DNA of 63,773 nt, the filler included, from Licmophora abbreviata (Eukaryota), in assembly GCA_900291995.1 (NCBI GenBank). It is 16 parts of 16 records of this genome, joined end to end, with 100 filler letters (N's around TTAATTAATTAA, not from the genome) between each part and the next. Parts side by side here need not be neighbours in the genome. Positions count along the whole stretch, not along the records: positions 26,108 to 32,181 come from OLMU01005648.1; positions 32,282 to 34,041 come from OLMU01005649.1; positions 34,142 to 35,466 come from OLMU01005650.1; positions 35,567 to 37,019 come from OLMU01005652.1; positions 37,120 to 38,315 come from OLMU01005653.1; positions 38,416 to 42,311 come from OLMU01005654.1; 10 more parts are not named here. One strand, 5' to 3'. The notes under the pieces were generated by a model. It was not told where the DNA came from and searched no databases. It worked only from the letters and a program-made list of their open reading frames with translations. Positions 30,799 through 40,727 of this stretch are shown here, in pieces. A program made the translations under genes and the position numbers. The first letter of the stretch is position 1; every line of letters starts with the position of its first letter.

Positions 30799-31281
30799 AT
30801 GACAGGATTTATCATTCACGCCTTGCAGGTCGCAGATGGCATACTGGCCCTGGCGCCGATGCCGGGGCGGGGCGGGCATTATGCCGAGGACATCGCCCAT
30901 CTGCGCGACTGGAAGCCGGCGCTGGTGGTCTCGATGGTCACCTTGCCGGAGCTTGCCTCGCAGGGGGCGGGCGATCTGGGGAGCGATGTGCAGGATATGG
31001 GCACAAGGTGGATGCATGTGCCGGTGACGGATATGGACATTCCGGATCCGCAAGGCGAGGAGGCCTGGCATGTGGCCAGCAATGCCGCGCTGTCTGCGCT
31101 GCAGGGGCGGGGCCGGGTGTTGATCCATTGCATGGGGGGCTGCGGGCGGTCGGGGATGGCGGCGCTGCGGCTGATGATCGAGGCGGGCGAGGCGCCGGAG
31201 GTGGCGCTGGCGCGGCTCAGGGCGGTCCGGCCCTGCGCCGTGGAGACGGAGGCGCAGTTGGCATGGGCGCGGCGGGTGTGA
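30799..31281 (+). CDS. Dual-specificity/protein-tyrosine phosphatase
   Basis: CX5R P-loop HCMGGCGRSG, RPCAVETEAQ. Confidence 0.85.
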   Translation: MTGFIIHALQVADGILALAPMPGRGGHYAEDIAHLRDWKPALVVSMVTLPELASQGAGDLGSDVQDMGTRWMHVPVTDMDIPDPQGEEAWHVASNAALSALQGRGRVLIHCMGGCGRSGMAALRLMIEAGEAPEVALARLRAVRPCAVETEAQLAWARRV

Positions 31282-31329
31282 GGGCCGCGAATCAGGGTTA
31301 AGGCACTGAATAACCAATGAAAACGCTGT

Positions 31330-31370
31330 TCGGTATCACGTCGGTATGACGTCGGTATCGCGTCGGTGTG
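31330..31370. repeat. Tandem 11-bp direct repeat x3.7 (TCGGTATNNCG)
   Basis: Units start at 31330, 31341, 31352 and 31363. Confidence 0.8.
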
Positions 31371-31443
31371 GATATCGGCAGATGCCGTGATTAAGGCAGC
31401 GTGCGTTGCGCCACAGGAGAGGGGCGCCCCGATCGGCGCGCTG

Positions 31444-32181
31444 TCAGCGGGAGCGGGGCAAGCGCGGCAGTATGTAGGGTGTGCGGGACTGGTACCGGCG
31501 GAAGCGGTCGCCATAGAGAGCGGCGAAGCGGCGTTCCTTGAGCCGGGGGGCAAGCAGGCAATAGGCGGTATAGCCAAGCGCCAGCGCCAGTTGATCGGGC
31601 GTCCAGACCGGCACGGTCCACAGGGTCAGTGCGAAGCCCACATAGATCGGCTGCCGGATCACCCGGAAGAGGCCCGTTTCGGGCATGTCGGGAAATCGGG
31701 GGCGGATTTTCTGAACCAGTGACATCCAGCCAAGCGCGCCGGACTGCACCTCGGCGCCGGCGTCATAGCTGGCCTTGATGAGGATGAGCCACGCAAAGGC
31801 GTAGGCGGTGCACAGAACCCAGAAGGCCGCGCCCTCGGCCCGCCACCAGACGATGCCGCTTGGGGTCCAAAGGATGAAAAGCGCGGCCAGCTGCGCCGAG
31901 GCGATGATCGCATAGGTGGTGGTGGCCAATGTCGCCCCGTATGGCCTTGGCGCGAGCCTGGCCAGAAAGGCGCGTCCCCGCGCCGTGAGCAATACCGAAT
32001 GCGCCAGAGGGAATTGCAGGATCAGAAGTGCATTGGCCAGAATGTACCACGGGGCGGGCACGCGGCCCAGGCTTTCGCTCATGCCGAAAAACATCGCCAC
32101 GATCATCGCGATCACCGCCACGGCAAAGACGGCGTGACAGACCCCGCCATAGGCCACGGCCAAGGCGATGCGCCCGGCGCC
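31444..32181 (-). CDS. ICMT/nurim-family membrane methyltransferase, MddA-like (5' end in gap)
   Basis: AYG..CH, QFPLAHS, TYAIIAS, LWTP, GLFRVIRQPIYVGF, KERRF..YG..F..Y..RTP. Confidence 0.75.
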   Translation of the reverse strand, partial: GAGRIALAVAYGGVCHAVFAVAVIAMIVAMFFGMSESLGRVPAPWYILANALLILQFPLAHSVLLTARGRAFLARLAPRPYGATLATTTYAIIASAQLAALFILWTPSGIVWWRAEGAAFWVLCTAYAFAWLILIKASYDAGAEVQSGALGWMSLVQKIRPRFPDMPETGLFRVIRQPIYVGFALTLWTVPVWTPDQLALALGYTAYCLLAPRLKERRFAALYGDRFRRYQSRTPYILPRLPRSR

Positions 32182-32321
32182 NNNNNNNNNNNNNNNNNNN
32201 NNNNNNNNNNNNNNNNNNNNNNNNNTTAATTAATTAANNNNNNNNNNNNNNNNNNNNNNNNNNNNNNNNNNNNNNNNNNNNGGTGTTTCCGTCTCAGGTG
32301 TCACGGGGGACGCGCTGCAGG

Positions 32322-32588
32322 CTACAGAAGCAGGCGCCAGACCAGATAGTTGGGAGCGACACAGACAAAGGTGATGCAGCCGATCTTGGACCAGAACACG
32401 GCACGGCCCAGCCAGCCTTCGCCACGGCTTGCCGGTGTGAAACTGTCCAAGCTGGCCATCACGGCATAGCCCATCGCCTCGGATTTGCGGCGCTCGAGCT
32501 TGAGAGAGGCCATTGCTTTTTCATACACGTCCTGCTGGCGCAGCGCCTCGGCGGTGCGGCGATCCGTGTCGACTGTTTGTCCGTCCAT
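32322..32588 (-). CDS. Hypothetical 88-aa protein with C-terminal hydrophobic segment
   Basis: ATG 32588 with GGAGG RBS; MDGQTVDTDRR...NYLVWRLLL. Confidence 0.55.
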   Translation of the reverse strand: MDGQTVDTDRRTAEALRQQDVYEKAMASLKLERRKSEAMGYAVMASLDSFTPASRGEGWLGRAVFWSKIGCITFVCVAPNYLVWRLLL

Positions 32589-32746
32589 CTTTGCCTCCGA
32601 TTCAATGCCACGGGATGCACATAGGACGTTGCCGCCGCGAGGAAAGGCCGACACCCCCGACAAGTTGAGGGAAATCGGCCCAAAAGGTGCGACCATTTGG
32701 CCGATGCTTGGCAAAAGCGGCACATCACGGGGGAGGGAGGGAGGGT

Positions 32747-32840
32747 GAGAGGTTGGACAACGACCCAAGCGGGGCTCGTTACGGCTGCTTCCTTCCGGAC
32801 CTGACCGGGTTGGCGAGGCGCCTGCCCGCGCCAACCTCTC
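32747..32840 (-). ncRNA. ffs: SRP 4.5S RNA
   Basis: Conserved domain IV GTCAGGTCCGGAAGGAAGCAGC; terminal stem GAGAGGTTGG/CCAACCTCTC; upstream of dnaX. Confidence 0.97.
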
Positions 32841-32846
32841 GAGGGG

Positions 32847-32875
32847 TATCTAGGGGTCTTGCGGCGGATTCGCAA
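32847..32875 (-). promoter_or_regulatory. Sigma70-like promoter of ffs inside the cpdB 3' end
   Basis: TTGCGA-17 bp-TAGATA, 6 nt before the RNA stem. Confidence 0.7.
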
Positions 32876-34904
32876 GGGGCGCATCGGCACCCAGAGGCAG
32901 GCGCAGGCGCAGGAACCCTTTGGCGTCGCGGCCCAGCTCTTCGGCGCCGAGTGCGCTTATGTCCCAGGGGTGGCGGCGTAGTCCGGGGCCGGTATCGACC
33001 AGCACACTGGCCCCGCAGACCGGGCGCAAGGCCCAGCCGATGCCGCGGCGGGCGTCGATCGGGGGGCCGCGGCGCACATGGTTGACCAGCGCATCGCGCA
33101 CCTGCAGGGCGGGAGCGTCGAGCCTGTCGTGGTCGGTCAGCATAGGATAGGGGCCGCTGCCGGCGGCGCGGTATGTGTTTGTGGCGAGCACGAAGAGGTC
33201 GGTATCCCTGACGGGTCTGCCGAGGATCCGCAGATCCCGGATGCGCCATGCGTCGGCGTCGATCAGGGTGCCGTCCGGCCCGAAGCGCGCGGGCTGGCCC
33301 GGATCGATGCGGTAGGTGACGCCGGAGACCGTATCGAAGGCATGGCCGGGAAACCTTGGGTCGAGGAGCGGCTGATCGGCAAGGCCCGGCCGGATCTGGT
33401 GAAAGCAGCTGGCGGCGCGTTCGAGCCAGTCGCGCAGCCGGGCGCCGGTGATGCGCGCACAGGTCAGGGTGTTGGGGAAGGGATAGAGATTGACGGCATC
33501 CCCCATGCGGAACGGACCGGGCGTGATGTCGATGTAATGATAGGGGCCGGCGCGCCCGCCGGTGCGAAAGGGCGCCGTGGCAGACAGGACCGGCAGGCCC
33601 TCGGCCCTGGTGCCAATAAGCGCGCGTGCGATGGCGGCGGTTTGGGCTGCGTTGACGAGCGCGGTCACCGGATCGTCGCGGATCAGCGCCAGATAGCTGT
33701 GCAGCGCCGTGCGGGTGGTGTTGAGAGGCTTGCGCATCGCCGAGACGGTCCGGTGATGGGCACGACCCACCGCCCGGAGGATCGCCGGATCGGGAGGTGT
33801 GGGCGGTGTTCCGGGGGCGTGCTGGACCGGGCGCGCCTCGCAGTGGTGGCGCGTGATGCGCCAGCCGCGCGCGTCTTGCCTGAGGTCAAGATCGACGATG
33901 CCGAGATGCGATCCGGCGAAACCGGCCATTACCGCTGGAATGCCATTGAGCGTGCCATGGGCGGCATCCACGCCGGAGAGGCCCGCGTGATCGGGGCCGG
34001 GAAAGACCCTGTGGCTGTGGCCTGCCAGAACCACGTCGACCNNNNNNNNNNNNNNNNNNNNNNNNNNNNNNNNNNNNNNNNNNNNTTAATTAATTAANNN
34101 NNNNNNNNNNNNNNNNNNNNNNNNNNNNNNNNNNNNNNNNNGGCTGTGGCCTGCCAGAACCACGTCGACCCCGGGAATTGCGGCCAGCGGCAGGGCGGCG
34201 TTTTCCAGCCCCGGATGATCGGTGGCGGCGTCGATCCCGGTATGGGCCAGCATGACCACCAGATCGGCGCCGGCGGCCCGCAAGGCCGGGGCTTGCAGCC
34301 GTGCGGTTTCGGTGATGCCGGAGGCCATGACCCGGCCCTCGAGGTGATCGCGGTTCCATTTGGCGACCTGGGGCACCACCACGCCGATCACTCCGATCCT
34401 CAGATCGCGCAGCTGTCCTGCCTCATCTGTGAGTCGGCGTTCGAGCAGAAGGGTCGGGGTAGCGGGAAGCCGGGTTGTGCCCATTGGGTGCAGATTGGCG
34501 CAGACGACGGGAAAGCGGGCCTGGGACAAGGCCGCGCAGAGGAAATCGAGGCCGAAGTCGAATTCGTGATTGCCAAGCGCCGCGCCATCGTAGTCCAGAG
34601 CGTTCATTGCCGCGATGACGGGATGCGGGCCGTGCCAGCCGCTGGGGTCCGGCAGCAGATCACTGAGCGCGCTGCCCTGCAGGAAATCGCCATTGTCGAA
34701 CAGCAGGCAGTTGCGCGCCTGGGCACGGGCGGCACGGATCAGCGTGGCGACACGCGCCAGCCCGCCCTGCCACTGGTTGCGCTGGTCGAGATAGTCGAAG
34801 GGCGCGATATGTCCGTGAATGTCGGTTGTTTCGAGCAGTCTGAGGCGGAGGGCCGCAGAGGAACCGTTGACCCGGGGCGGATTGGGGGAGGCGTGGTTTT
34901 TCAA
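32850..34904 (-). CDS. cpdB: 2',3'-cyclic-nucleotide 2'-phosphodiesterase/3'-nucleotidase
   Basis: LLETTDIHG, DNGDFLQG, GNHEFDFG, GHSH, SATAPF, LYPFPNTL; merging the 29-bp overlap across the gap gives 642 in-frame codons. Confidence 0.92.
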
Positions 34905-35134
34905 CGGGGCGCAACCGCATCAAGGGCACGAAACGAGGCGACCGGAGCCAAAGGCCGGGCGACCAGAGGTCAACAGTAATGGTTAACAAAAGGATAATAA
35001 CGCATTAAGAGCGAAATGTAAACAGATTAAACAATCTTAACGTGTATGGTGGCGATGCGGCATGACGTCGCGCGTCCGGAGCGGCTTGTCGGGGCTGCGG
35101 GAACATGGCACCTGACGCGCGAAGGAGACGCGAT

Positions 35135-35466
35135 ATGAGACATGCCGAAACAGTGACCTTCGGGGGATCGGGGCTGGACCGGGCCGCGGAACTGCGGCGG
35201 GGACATGGAGGAGCTGACCCGGGCGATCGAGCGGGACGGGGCCTGTGCGGTGCTGTTCTGGCGTGGCAAGCCCCTTGTGGAGGGGGAGGCCCTCGACCGG
35301 CTGGTGCGGCTGGATCTGGATCATCCGGTGCTGGCCGAGGCCGATGGCGCGCCGGTGCTGCTGGGGCGCGAGGAGGGGCGGCTGGTCTTTGCGCATGACC
35401 TGTCGAGCTGGGCGCCCGAGGATCTGGATGACAGCCAGCTGGACCGCTTTCTGGACCCGACCGAGC
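35135..35466 (+). CDS. nudC: NAD(+) diphosphatase NudC, N-terminal part (G-run frameshift at 35199, rest in gap)
   Basis: MRHAETVTFGGSGLDRAAELR then VLFWRGKPL; RBS AAGGAG; Nudix box not visible, call rests on N-terminus and position beside pheA. Confidence 0.65.
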
Positions 35467-35566
35467 NNNNNNNNNNNNNNNNNNNNNNNNNNNNNNNNNN
35501 NNNNNNNNNNTTAATTAATTAANNNNNNNNNNNNNNNNNNNNNNNNNNNNNNNNNNNNNNNNNNNN

Positions 35567-36388
35567 CGGATCGGCCGGGTAGACACCGAGCATCCGCACC
35601 TCGGAGGTGAAGTAATCCAGCTCGTCGAGCGCGCGTCTTACGGCGGGATCCTCGGGGTGGCCTTCGATATCGGCATAGAATTGCGTGGCGTTGAACGATC
35701 CGCCTACCATGTAGCTTTCCAGCTTGGTCATGTTGACGCCGTTCGTCGCGAAACCGCCCATCGCCTTGTAGAGAGCGGCGGGAATGTTGCGGACCTGAAA
35801 CACGAATGTCGTCATCATCCCGTCATCGCCGCGCTGGGAATGGTCAGGATCACGGGACATCACGAGAAAGCGCGTCGTGTTGTTGCCCTCGTCCTCGATG
35901 TTGCGGGCGATGACATCCAGACCATAGATCTCGCCTGCGAGTTCGCTGGCCAGAGCGGCGAGGGAGGGATCGCCGGTTTCGGCGACCTGACGGGCCGAGC
36001 CTGCGGTGTCGGCGCCGGTGACACGGTGGATGCCGTGTTCATGCAGGAATTCGCGGCACTGGCCCAGAAGCATCGTATGGCTCATGGCGCGGTCGATATC
36101 GGCAAGCGATGCGCCCGGCAGGGCCAGAAGGTTGATATGCACGCGCACGAAGGCTTCGGCGATGATGTGCAACCCGGACTCGGGCAGCAGGTGGTGAATG
36201 TCGGCGACGCGTCCGAAGGTCGAGTTCTCGACCGGCAGCATGGCCAGCTCCGCTTCGTGACTGCGCACCGCCTGAATGGCGTCTTCGAACGTGCGGCAGG
36301 GCATGGCCTCCATGGCGGGATAGGTTTCGCGGCAGGCCTGATGGGAATAGGCGCCTGGCTCGCCCTGGAAGGCAATGCGCTTGGTCAT
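35567..36388 (-). CDS. pheA: Prephenate dehydratase (last codons in gap)
   Basis: IAFQGEPGAYS, LPVENS, NTTRF, NMTKLESY ACT domain. Confidence 0.95.
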
Positions 36389-36509
36389 GATGGGTGGTTC
36401 CTGTGGATTGGTCCGGGGTCGGTCGATTGGTCGCGCAAACTACACCTTGCGCCACAGGAGGGGAAGCGGATAGATACGCCGCGACGGATACCTAACGGGA
36501 AACGGGCAC

Positions 36510-37019
36510 ATGTTCGACACGATGACATTCACGAAGGTCCTTGGCAGCTTTTGCGGTGCGCTTCTGATCTTCCTTCTGGGCAGTTGGGCGGCGGAATCGC
36601 TGTATCACACGGGCGGCAAGCATGGGGAAGATCATGCGCAGGGCTACGTGATCGACACGGGCGAGGACGACGGCGCCGAGGAAGTGGCCGAGGAAGGCCC
36701 CAGCTTTGCCGAGCTTTACGCCGCAGCCGATGTCGGCAAGGGCGAGCGCGTTTACAACAAATGCGCCGCCTGTCACAAGCTGGAGGAGGGTGCGAACGGC
36801 ACCGGCCCCTATCTTTATGGTGTGGTCGGACGTGACGTGGCCGCGTCGCAGGGCTTCAGCTACTCGGGCAACCTGATCGCGGTGAACGATGTGTGGACAC
36901 CCGAAGAGCTGGATGCGTTCCTTGCCAACCCCAAGGGGTATGCGCCGGGCACCACGATGGGCTTTGCCGGTTTGCCGAAGGCAGAGGATCGCGCGAACGT
37001 GATCGCGTTCCTCGACATG
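36510..37019 (+). CDS. cycM: Membrane-anchored cytochrome c (c552/cy type), domain 1
   Basis: MFDTMTFTK TM anchor, acidic linker, CAACH, TGPYLYGVVGR, PGTTMGFAG; no stop before the gap. Confidence 0.88.
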
Positions 37020-37119
37020 NNNNNNNNNNNNNNNNNNNNNNNNNNNNNNNNNNNNNNNNNNNNTTAATTAATTAANNNNNNNNNNNNNNNNNNNNNNNNN
37101 NNNNNNNNNNNNNNNNNNN

Positions 37120-37305
37120 GTCGAGGGCTTCCGGTATTCCAACGCGCTGCAGGATATGGGCGGTGTCTGGACTGCCGACGAGCTGAACGCGTTCCTTGAG
37201 AACCCCAAGGACTATGCGCCGGGCAACAAGATGAGCTTTGCCGGTCTGCGCAAAGAAGAGGACCGCGCCGCCGTGGTCTCGTACCTGCAGAGCGTCGCTC
37301 AGTAA
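37120..37305 (+). CDS. C-terminal part of a second class I cytochrome c domain
   Basis: Manual translation VEGFRYSNALQDMGGVWTADELNAFLENPKDYAPGNKMSFAGLRKEEDRAAVVSYLQSVAQ*. Confidence 0.85.
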   Translation, partial: VEGFRYSNALQDMGGVWTADELNAFLENPKDYAPGNKMSFAGLRKEEDRAAVVSYLQSVAQ

Positions 37306-37332
37306 CGCGAAAAGCGGTATACACCTATCGAG

Positions 37333-37365
37333 AGGCCGCCGACCCAGCCGGGACGGCGGCCTTTT
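37333..37365 (+). terminator. Intrinsic terminator after cytochrome c
   Basis: AGGCCGCCG...CGGCGGCCT stem followed by T run. Confidence 0.75.
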
Positions 37366-37508
37366 GTATGTGGGACGGTGGCGAGGCGGGTGGTGGCCGA
37401 ATGGCCGATCACGGCAATTTCAGCGCTTGTATGAGGGTGGCGCCCTCCGGTAGCTTGCAAATGACGAGTTCAGCGCCACATTTGAGATCGTCTGACAAGG
37501 AGCACGGC

Positions 37509-39520
37509 ATGACCGGATACCGCAACCGGGCGCAAGCCCGGATGATCCCCTTGAGTGACTTGCGCCGCAGCCTGCTGGGGGTGGCGGGCATGATCGGGCT
37601 GACGATCGCGGCGCTTGTGGCGCAAAAGGCCATGGCCGACGATCAGGTGATCCGGTCGCACGGCTATTCCTATTACGGCGAATTGAGCTATCCGCCCGAT
37701 TTCGAGCATTTCAACTACGTCAATCCGGAGGCGCCCAAGGGGGGTGAAATCTCGCTTTACGCGCCGGGGACGTTCGATTCGATGAACCCCTATTCGCGCA
37801 AGGGCCGTGCGGCGCGGTTGTCGTGGATGGTCTATGAGAGCCTGCTGGGCGAGATGCCGGCCAGCGGCGGCCCGGCCCCTGCGGATGTCTATGGCGAGAT
37901 GTACGGGTTGCTGGCTGAAAGCCTTGAATATGACGCCGGCAAGACCTGGGTGATTTTCAACATGCGCCCCGAGGCGCGGTTTGCCGATGGCACGCCTGTC
38001 ACGGCGCATGACGTTGTCTTTTCGCATAACCTGTTTCTGGAACAGGGTCTGCCGTCCTATGCGCAGGCGGTGAGCCGGAGGGTCTTGAGCGCCGAGGCGC
38101 TGGACGATCACCGGGTGAAGTTCACCTTTGCCGAAGGTATCTCGCGCCGGTCGCTGATCGATCAGGTGGGCAGCACGCCGGTTTTCCCGAAGGCGTGGTA
38201 CGAGGCCAACGAGGCAAGGCTGGATGAGCCGAGGCTGGATGCGGCGCCGGGGTCCGGACCCTATCAGGTCGACAGCTATGACGTGAACCGGAGCGTCGTC
38301 TATGCGCGCAACCCGNNNNNNNNNNNNNNNNNNNNNNNNNNNNNNNNNNNNNNNNNNNNTTAATTAATTAANNNNNNNNNNNNNNNNNNNNNNNNNNNNN
38401 NNNNNNNNNNNNNNNAGGGCGGCACAATTTCGACCGCATCAGGATCGAGTATTTCGCTGATGACAACGCGGCCTTCGAGGCGTTCAAGGCGGGCGAATAC
38501 ACCTTCCGCGCGGAGACGAATTCCAAGACATGGGCCACGGGATATGATTTCCCGGCGGTGGACAAGGGCTGGGTCACGCTGGACGAGTTGCCCGATGGCA
38601 ATCCGCCCACACCCAACGGGATCGTGTTCAACCTTGCCAGCGAGCCTTTGAAGGACAAGCGCGTGCGGCAGGCGGTTGCGCTGGGCTATAACTTCGAATG
38701 GACCAATCAGTCGCTGCAATTCGGGTTGTTCAACCAGCGCCATTCGTTCGTGCAGGACACGCCGCTGCAGGCGGAGGGCGTGCCCGAAGGCGCCGAGCTG
38801 GAATTGCTGCAGAGCCTTGGTGACGTGATCCCCGAGGCGGTTCTGAGCGAACCGGCGGTGATGGCGCATACATCGAATGGCGAGCGTCTGAACGACCGGC
38901 GCAACCTGCGCCGCGCGATGGCGCTGCTGGACGAGGCGGGCTGGGCCGTGGGGTCTGATGGCAAGCGGCGCAATGCGCAAGGCGAGTTGCTGACGCTGGA
39001 ATTTCCGATTCCGTCTTCGGGGTCGGCCACCTTGGGCGCGGTGGTGGAAAGCTTTGTAAGCAACCTGCAGCTGATGGGCATCGACGCGCGGTTCGAGAAT
39101 GTGGACCCGTCGCAATACACGATGCGCAACCGCGACCGCGATTATGATCTGGTGTTCGACAGCTATTCGGCCTTTCTTGCCGCGGGCACGGGGCTGATGC
39201 AGCGCTATGGCAGCCAGGAGGCCGCGTTCAGCCTGTTCAATCCAGCCGGTCTGGCCAGCCCGATGGTCGATGCGATCATCAACGCGGCGCTCGATTCGGA
39301 GACGCGCGAACAGGAACAGGTGGCGCTGACCGCGTTGGACCGGGCGCTGCGCCATGAGTTCTTCATGGTGCCTGTGTGGTACAATGACAGCAATTGGGTC
39401 GCCTATTGGGACATGTACGAGCATCCCGAAACCCTGCCGCCCTATGCGCTGGGCGTGCTGGATTTCTGGTGGTACAACGCCGACAAGGCCAAGGCGTTGC
39501 AAGACGCGGGGGCGCTGTGA
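37509..39520 (+). CDS. yejA: ABC peptide (microcin C-type) substrate-binding protein, split by gap
   Basis: YPPDFEHFNYVNPEAPKGG, GTFDSMNP, ARFADGTPVTAHDV, ALDRAL, DFWWY. Confidence 0.9.
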
Positions 39521-39629
39521 AGGCGGTGCCGTGCGAACGGATCTTTCGATCAGGCGCGCGCCACGGGTGCCGCGCGATGCGCGGGCACGGCCCTGCGCGG
39601 CCATGACCGGGACCGGGGGGGGCGTCTGA

Positions 39630-40724
39630 ATGGGTGCGTATATCCTGCGCAGGCTCTTGCTCATCATCCCCACCTTGCTGGGGATAATGGTCATCAATTT
39701 CGCGCTGGTGCAGTTCGTGCCGGGCGGGCCGGTGGAGCAGGTCATCGCCAATATGCAAGGGCAGGGCGATGTCTTCGAAAGCTTTTCCGGTTCGGGCAGC
39801 GATGCGGGACAGGACATGACCGCCGCCGGGGGCGGAGATGACAAGTATCTGGGCGCGCGCGGCCTTCCGCCCGAACTGATCGAGGAATTGGAGCGGCAAT
39901 TCGGGCTGGACAAGCCGCCGCTGGAGCGATTCCTCAACATGATGTGGAACTACATGCGCTTCGACTTCGGAGAGAGCTATTTCCGAAAGATCGAGGTGAC
40001 GGACCTGGTGCTGGAAAAGATGCCGGTGTCGGTCACGCTTGGCCTCTGGTCGACGGTGATCGCCTATCTCATCTCGATCCCGCTGGGGATTCGCAAGGCG
40101 GTGCGCGACGGGTCGGGCTTTGACACGTGGACCAGTGCGATCATCATCGTGGCCTATGCGATCCCGGCCTTTCTGTTCGCGATCATGCTGCTGGTGCTGT
40201 TTGCAGGCGGCAGCTATTGGCAGATCTTCCCGCTGCGGGGGCTGACCTCGGACAATTGGGAGCAGCTCAGCGTGACGGGCAAGATCCTGGATTATCTGTG
40301 GCATATCACGCTGCCAGTGCTGGCCTCGACGATTTCGGCCTTTGCGACGCTGACGCTGCTGACGAAGAACAGTTTCCTTGACGAGATCAAGAAGCATTAC
40401 GTGATGACTGCGCGCGCCAAGGGGCTGAGCGAGGGGCGGGTGCTGTATGGGCATGTGTTCCGCAACGCGATGCTGATCGTGATCGCGGGTTTTCCGGCGG
40501 TGTTCATCGGGGTGTTTTTCGGCGGCTCGGTCCTGATCGAGACGATCTTCTCGCTGGACGGGCTGGGGCGGCTGGGCTTTGAGGCGGCGGTGGGGCGCGA
40601 TTATCCGGTGATGTTCGGCACGCTGTTCCTGTTCGGGCTGATCGGTCTTTTGGTCAATATCCTGAGCGACCTGATGTATGTGCTGGTCGATCCACGGATC
40701 GATTTCGAAAAGCGGGAGGGCTGA
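39630..40724 (+). CDS. yejB: ABC permease YejB
   Basis: [44 protein letters not shown]. Confidence 0.95.
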   Translation: MGAYILRRLLLIIPTLLGIMVINFALVQFVPGGPVEQVIANMQGQGDVFESFSGSGSDAGQDMTAAGGGDDKYLGARGLPPELIEELERQFGLDKPPLERFLNMMWNYMRFDFGESYFRKIEVTDLVLEKMPVSVTLGLWSTVIAYLISIPLGIRKAVRDGSGFDTWTSAIIIVAYAIPAFLFAIMLLVLFAGGSYWQIFPLRGLTSDNWEQLSVTGKILDYLWHITLPVLASTISAFATLTLLTKNSFLDEIKKHYVMTARAKGLSEGRVLYGHVFRNAMLIVIAGFPAVFIGVFFGGSVLIETIFSLDGLGRLGFEAAVGRDYPVMFGTLFLFGLIGLLVNILSDLMYVLVDPRIDFEKREG

Positions 40725-40727
40725 GCG

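Noticed and set aside
31330..31370. Mini CRISPR array
   Set aside because: 11-bp units with no spacers, and no cas genes in the window
32589..32834. N-terminal extension of the 170-aa ORF
   Set aside because: Runs through the SRP RNA; the RBS-supported start is 32588
34013..34170. 29-bp direct repeat in cpdB
   Set aside because: Flanks a linker and is an unmerged contig overlap; merging restores the frame
1579..35202. Frameshifts in fdtC (1579, 1822), quinone oxidoreductase (23655, 23911) and nudC (35199) as pseudogenes or programmed shifts
   Set aside because: Single-base indels in short homopolymers close to contig ends, most simply sequencing errors
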